Below are positions 57,820 to 64,000 of a stretch of 64,000 nt of DNA, piece after piece (the stretch's first letter is position 1; the number at the start of each line of letters is the position of its first letter). The notes beneath the pieces were generated by a model, which saw nothing but the letters and a program-made list of their open reading frames with translations, did no database searches and had not been told where the DNA came from. The position numbers and the translations under genes were made by a program. Source of the stretch: Macrostomum lignano (lineage: Eukaryota); contig NIVC01002768.1 of NCBI GenBank assembly GCA_002269645.1, positions 1 through 64,000 of the forward strand, written 5' to 3'.

Positions 57820-58945
57820 GATGCTTGCTATCTGGGGGGGGGGGGTGCTTGCTAACCATGGGGGATGCTTGCTATCTAGGGGGATGCTTGCTATCTGGGG
57901 GGATGCTTGCTATCTGGGGGGGGGGGGGTGCTTGCTAACCATGGGGGATGCTTGCTATCTGGGGGGGGTGCTTGCTAACCATGGGGATGCTTGCTATCTA
58001 GGGGGATGCTTGCTATCTGGGGGGGGTGCTTGCTAACCATGGGGGATGCTTGCTATCTAGGGGGATGCTTGCTATCTGGGGGGGGGTGCTTGCTAACCAT
58101 GGGGGATGCTTGCTATCTAGGGGGATGCTTGCTATCTGGGGGGGGGTGCTTGCTAACCATGGGGGATGCTTGCTATCTAGGGGGATGCTTGCTATCTGGG
58201 GGGGGGGTGCTTGCTAACCATGGGGGATGCTTGCTATCTAGGGGGATGCTTGCTATCTGGGGGGGGTGCTTGCTAACCATGGGGGATGCTTGCTATCTAG
58301 GGGGATGCTTGCTATCTGGGGGGGGGTGCTTGCTAACCATGGGGGATGCTTGCTATCTAGGGGGATGCTTGCTATCTGGGGGGATGCTTGCTATCTGATG
58401 CTTGCTATCTGAGGGATGCTTGCTATCTGGGAGGATGCTTGCTATCTGGGGGATGCTTGCTATCTGGGGAATGCTTGCTATCTAGGGGATGCTTGCCATC
58501 TGGGGGATGCTTGCCATCTGGGGGATGCTTGCACTATCTAGGGGGATGCTTGCTATCTAGCTTGCTATCTAGGGGGATGCTTGCCATCTGGGGGATGCTT
58601 GCTATCTGGGGGATGCTTGCTATCTAGGGGGATGCTTGCTATCTGTGGGGATGCTTGCTATCTGATGCTTGCTATCTGAGGGATGCTTGCTATCTGGGAG
58701 GATGCTTGCTATCTGGGGGATGCTTGCTATCTGGGGAATGCTTGCTATCTAGGGGATGCTTGCCATCTGGGGGATGCTTGCACTATCTAGGGGGATGCTT
58801 GCTATCTAGCTTGCTATCTAGGGGGATGCTTGCCATCTGGGGGATGCTTGCTATCTAGGGGGATGCTTGCCATCTGGGGGATGCTTGCCATCTGGGGGAT
58901 GCTTGCCATCTGGGGGATGCTTGCCATCTGGGGGATGCTTGCTAT
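57820..58945. repeat. ~19-bp minisatellite (GGGGATGCTTGCTATCT) with higher-order units
   Basis: Direct reading. Confidence 0.92.
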
Positions 58946-60273
58946 TGATGGGTTTCGACCTTCGGGCTCCTTGTTAGGGAAGCCTTCGGGCCTCAGGCTC
59001 AGAAATAAATCAATTAGAGACCTGGCCCCCCACTCCTGTCAGATGGTCAGCCCCATGGTAGCTTGATCGTGTGGCGAGCAGTCTAGGTCCTATAGCTAAG
59101 AGAGGGACAGCGAGAGACGAGCAGGGAGAATTTTGAAAGTAGAAATTAGCTAATCCGCAGATCAACTAACTTGCTGCCACCAGCCCGTGCGCCCTGGCTC
59201 ACCACACCGGGACTCTCGAAATCGGGCTTCCGACTAGAAGGGGCTTTGCACTTACCTGCCAACTAGTGTCTTTTTGCTGTCAATCTCGAAGTCATAGGGA
59301 CATAGGGAGTCATAGGAAGTCATAGGAGTCATAGGGACATAGGAAGTCATAGGGATAAGGGACACTGCTGGGACTAGATCGCGTTGGCCATGCAGGTACA
59401 GAGGGGACTTGTGCAGGGGATTCTTGCGGTGGCGAGTCTATGAGGTAGCTACATGTACTATTACATTGCTAAATACGAAGATATGTACTTTTAGCCTTCA
59501 ACGCGCCAACTAGCCTCTCATAGCGCTGATGATAGGCTAACTCGAACTTCAGAGACCGCATGATTCATTTACCCGAGCCGCTTGGCTACCCTAGAGTGCA
59601 CAAAGTACATCTCTGGCGCCGATTCTGCACTTTTGGCAGTTTTGCTCACTGATTTGTTAGATTGGTCGACTGAGAACTGCCTTGCCATTGGTCCACTGTG
59701 ACCGGCGCCTACTAGCTTAGCTACTCATCTGAGCCATCGGCGAACAAAGAAATAAAGCCGACAAAGATAACTGTTAGATTTCACCTTCTCCTTAGTTCAC
59801 TTCGCACTTTAGATTGAATTGAAGTCTTAGACTACTAGCAGTATTATTGAATGATTCCTGCCTCAGCAACAGCACTACTGAACAAAATGAGCAAAAGTGT
59901 GCGCCTAATTCAGCTACTGCAACAGGGGACAGAAAAGGGATCACCCAATCAAGCAAGTCTAGGTAGCCTCTCACCCAACCAATCAGAAACTCAACAGCCG
60001 GAGACCAGGTATTCCACAGTGACCGAATCGGCTCGATGCTCTGCAGCTGTAGACTCGGGATGATGCTGTCACAATCTTCGCTGTTAGCTAGCAGGTGATG
60101 CTCTTAACTGGATGTTCGCTGCTGTCGACCGGGGGACTCGTCCTTGATGATGATGGGGGAAGTTGCAATCCGGGAATCAAGAAACGACGGTCGTGCTCCG
60201 GGAACCAGAAGTTGCGCGCTGGGCCCGAGCCAAAGTAAGAAGAAGTAGTCTCCGAGCGGGCCAAAAACTCCGG

Positions 60274-60377
60274 TTTAAATAGCCGCCAACTGGACCGCAG
60301 TTTGTTATAACGGAACACGTCGATTCTGATTGGCTGAGCCGTTTTGTTAAAATGAGCGCCGAATTTTCTGATTGGCT
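60274..60377 (-). promoter_or_regulatory. Candidate Pol II promoter: two CCAAT boxes plus a TATA-like element
   Basis: AGCCAATCAG at 60326-60335 and 60368-60377 (minus strand); TATTTAAA at 60274-60281. Confidence 0.4.
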
Positions 60378-60994
60378 AAGCTCGTTGCTACCCAGAATCA
60401 CGTGACCGAGAGATCCTATCAGTTCCCACAGGGTCGTAAAAAGATGACAGGTGCGGCCATAAATCACTCAAAATCGCAACAAAATGATTTATGACTTTTC
60501 GCGTAGGATTGACAGAAATTAATGAAAAAATATACATTAGAAAGCTCTTATTAAATAGAAAGTGAAGATAATGAAGAGAAATCGCTAATCGCTAATCCCA
60601 AGGTACTTTTAGGGGTAAAACGCATAGCTGTCAAAGCTGTCACACGCTTGAGTGAATCCGAACAATAGGCTCTGACCTCATAAATCTTGATGGCCTGTCA
60701 AAATGATGAGAAAAAAGCTACCGCCCGCATCCTCTCAGACCATCTGGCGCCCGCTTCAACACTGAGTGAGGCGCAGGTGGCTGTCAGATCAGCTTCGAAA
60801 GCGATGATTTATGACCCAAAAAGCTGCGCCTATGTTATTATGACTACTAGTATGGCCAGACATTATATCTAGTATAGATTCTATGAAAATTCGCAGAAAA
60901 AGGATAAAAATGCCCACTGCCCACTGTTAGTAGGCAAGTAAGTTTAGAGCCCATGTGCTAGCGCGGGATTTGGGAAAAAGTGCGTCCTCATCAC

Positions 60995-61435
60995 TATGAT
61001 GCTATCTGAGGGGTGCTTGCTATCTGGGAATGATTGCTATCTTGGGGATGCTTGCTATCTGGGGGATGCTTGCTATCTGGGGGATGCTTGCTATCTGAGG
61101 GGTGCTTGCTATCTGAGGGGTGCTTGCTATCTGAGGGGTGCTTGCTATCTGGGAATGATTGCTATCTTGGGGATGCTTGCTATCTTGGGGATGCTTGCTA
61201 TCTGGGGGATGCTTGCTATCTGGGGGATGCTTGCTATCTGAGGGGTGCTTGCTATCTGAGGGGTGCCTGTTATTTGGGGGGTGCTTGCTATCTGGGGGTG
61301 CGCTAGCTATCCAGGGATCCTTGCTATTTAGGGATGCTTGCTATCTGGGGGATGCGCTAGCTATCCAGGGATCCTTGCTATTTAGGGATGCTTGCTATCT
61401 GGGGGATGCTTGCTATCTGGGAGATACTTGCTATC
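60995..61435. repeat. Second array of the GGATGCTTGCTATCT minisatellite family
   Basis: Same unit as 57820-58945. Confidence 0.9.
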
Positions 61436-62349
61436 TTTGTGAAGGCTTTATTTTGTGTCCTTTTGATACTTTTAGAAAAAAGCGATTCATAGCAAACTGT
61501 CAGTGACAGTTTTATTCGAATAGGGTGATTTATAAAACTGAAGAAGGAATTGGTTCTTAAGAAAATGTGCTTTTTAATTGATTTGTATGAATAATTTTGC
61601 TCCTTGCTAATTCGCCGCCCCGAAGGGGGGCACTAGATAGCTAGTTTTTCTACTAAAGAAAGCCGTTGCAAAACTTGATAGTGTATTGTGCATTGAATCA
61701 GGCCTTCAGTGAGTTTCTATCATACGAAGCAGTGTCTCCCTCTTGATTAAACCATTATGAAATCCGTTGTGAGAAGCATTATGCATTATGAAATCCCTTG
61801 ATGGAGTTTTCGTCATGAACTGTTTCTAGCTTGTGAAACGCCACCTTAGAATCTGTTTGTTCACAAATTTCTTCAATTCCAATACACTACTAAAAGTAGT
61901 ATGCTCTTGTCTGCCTCAATGTTTAGAGAGATTATTAAAAAATATGGATTTTTTTACAATAAGATACTGTTTACAACAATGCTTGCGAGGCACAAACAAA
62001 TTTTTGCTTGAACTTCGATCGTAGCTCAAGCAATCAGGTATGCAGTTTGCAATATTCAATACACTTTATTGCATTTTAATTTCCTGCTCTTATTCCACAA
62101 AAGTGCATATGCGTGCACTAGTGCGCATCTGCAATTTGAGCCTGCAAAATGCCTGGCGAGGTTTTTGGCACCTGTCCAAACCAAGACAGAGTGCAGAAGA
62201 GAATTGGCATTGGTTTTGCGGGCTGACAAGCAATGTGGACCCACATGTAGTCGAGGCTTTGATTTGATGCCCCCTCAAGCGCCCCATAAAGAGCCCTCAA
62301 AATGCTCAAACGCTCAGAGGGTGCCCCAAGACGTAAAAAGCGCCCCCAA

Positions 62350-64000
62350 AGCTTACCAAAGGCATCCCTCAACGCTCCCCCAAAAGCTCCCCCTCAAGGC
62401 TCCCCCAAAAGCTCCCCCTCAAAGCTCCCCTCAAAGCTCCCCCTCAAAACTCCCCCAAAAGCTCCCTCAAAGCTTCCCCTCAAAGCTCCCCCTCAAAGCT
62501 CCCCTCAAAGCTCCCCTCAAAGCTCCCCCTCAAAGCTCCCCTCAAAGCTCCCCCTCAAAGCTCCCCCAAAAGCTCCCCCTCAAAGCTCCCCTCAAAGCTC
62601 CCCTCAAAGCTCCTCCTCAAAGCTCCCATCAAAGCTTCCCCTCAAAGCTCCTCCTCAAAGCTCCCCTCAAAGCTCCCCCAAAAGCTCCCCCTCAAAGCTC
62701 CCCCTCAAGGCTCCCCCAAAAGCTCCCCCTCAAAGCTCCCCCTCAAGGCTCCCCCAAAAGCTCCCCCCTCAAAGCTCCCCTCGAAGCTCCCCTCAAAGCT
62801 CCCCCTCAAAGCTCCCCTCAAAGCTCCCCCTCAAAACTCCCCCAAAAGCTCCCTCAAAGCTTCCCCTCAAAGCTCCCCCAAAAGCTCCCCCTCAAAGCTC
62901 CCCTCAAAGCTCCCCTCAAAGCTCCTCCTCAAAGCTCCCATCAAAGCTTCCCCTCAAAGCTCCCCCTCGAAGCTCCCCTCAAAGCTCCCCCAAAAGCTCC
63001 CCCAAAAGCTTGCCCTCAAAGCTCCCCTCAAAGCTCCCCCAAAAGCTCCCCCTCAAAGCTCCCCCTCAAAGCTCGCCTCAAAGCTCCCCCTCAAGGCTCC
63101 CCCAAAAGCTCCCCCTCAAAGCTCCCCTTAAAGCTCCCCTCAAAGCTCCTCCTCAAAGCTCCCATCAAAGCTTCCCCTCAAAGCTCCCCCTCGAAGCTCC
63201 CCTCAAAGCTCCCCCTCGAAGCTTCCCTCAAAGCTCCCCCAAAAGCTCCCCCAAAAGCTCGCCCTCAAAGCTCCCCTCAAAGCTCCCCCAAAAGCTCCCC
63301 CTCAAAGCTCGCCTCAAAGCTCCCTCTCAAAGCTCCCCCTCAAGGCTCCCCCAAAAGCTCCCCCCTCAAAGCTTCCCCTCAAAGCTCCCCCTCCAAGCTC
63401 CCCCTCAAAGCTCCCCCTCAAAGCTCCCCCTCAAAGCTACCCCAAAAGCTCCCCTCAAAGCTCCCTTCAAAGCTCCCTTCAAAGCTCCCCTCAAAGCTCC
63501 TCCTCAAAGCTCCCCTCAAAGCTCCCCTCAAAGCTCCCCCTCAAAGCTCTCGTCAAAGCTCCCCCTCAAAGCTCCCCTCAAAGCTCCCCCTCAAAGCTCT
63601 CGTCAAAGCTCCCCCTCAAAGCTCCCCCTCAAAGCTCCCCTCAAAGCTCCCCCTCAAAGCTCTCGTCAAAGCTCCCCCTCAAAGCTCCCCTCAAAGCTCC
63701 CCCTCAAAGCTCTCGTCAAAGCTCCCCCTCAAAGCTCCCCCTCAAAGCTACCCCAAAAGCTCCCCCTCAAAGCTACCCCAAAAGCTCCCCCTCAAAGCTC
63801 CCTTCAAAGCTCCCTTCAAAGCTCCCCTCAAAGCTCCTCCTCAAAGCTCCCCTCAAAGCTCCCCTCAAAGCTCCCCCTCAAAGCTCTCGTCAAAGCTCCC
63901 CCTCAAAGCTCCCCCTCAAAGCTACCCCAAAAGCTCCCCCTCAACGCTCCCCCAAAAGCTCGCCCTCAAGGCTACCCCAAAAGCTCCCCCAAAAGCTTCT
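62350..64000. repeat. 12-14-bp minisatellite (AAAGCTCCCCCTC), runs off the window end
   Basis: Direct reading. Confidence 0.95.

Noticed and set aside
59520-59550. Possible hammerhead ribozyme core (CTGATGA...CGAA), also CTGACGA at 57303
   Set aside because: No GAAA core partner or convincing stems I-III.
30535-64000. Regular short repeats suggesting CRISPR arrays
   Set aside because: Units are directly tandem with no unique spacers, there are no cas genes, and the context is eukaryotic.

Overview
This is animal nuclear DNA. The GC-rich spliced host genes, tRNA-SINEs and dense minisatellites would fit a flatworm such as Macrostomum, but that is inference only. Positions 1-17933 are an AT-rich, nearly complete Polinton/Maverick (adintovirus-type endogenous virus). 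It has ~305-bp TIRs, pPolB, major and minor capsid proteins, packaging ATPase, adenain-like protease, a glycan-binding fibre and a PLA2-integrase fusion, and it is inserted into a host PAN/lectin-like exon. Three features inside it stand out. First, a structurally complete group I self-splicing intron (15591-15893) splits the PLA2-integrase gene. Second, a free-standing HNH endonuclease gene lies immediately upstream of the intron, which suggests collaborative homing. Third, a ~30-nt double-hairpin module is dispersed through the element, including in-frame insertions in pPolB and the ATPase. Positions 19.2-26.9 kb are a head-to-tail stack of 5'-truncated RNase H-bearing LINEs plus a SINE, each embedded in (CAA)n. 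The remainder holds host genes (inorganic pyrophosphatase, TRAM, CK2-beta, uncharacterised genes), many minisatellites, and a MITE carrying a 28S rRNA fragment that is mutated at the R2/I-PpoI site. All calls are made by eye from motifs and base-pairing; no searches were run.
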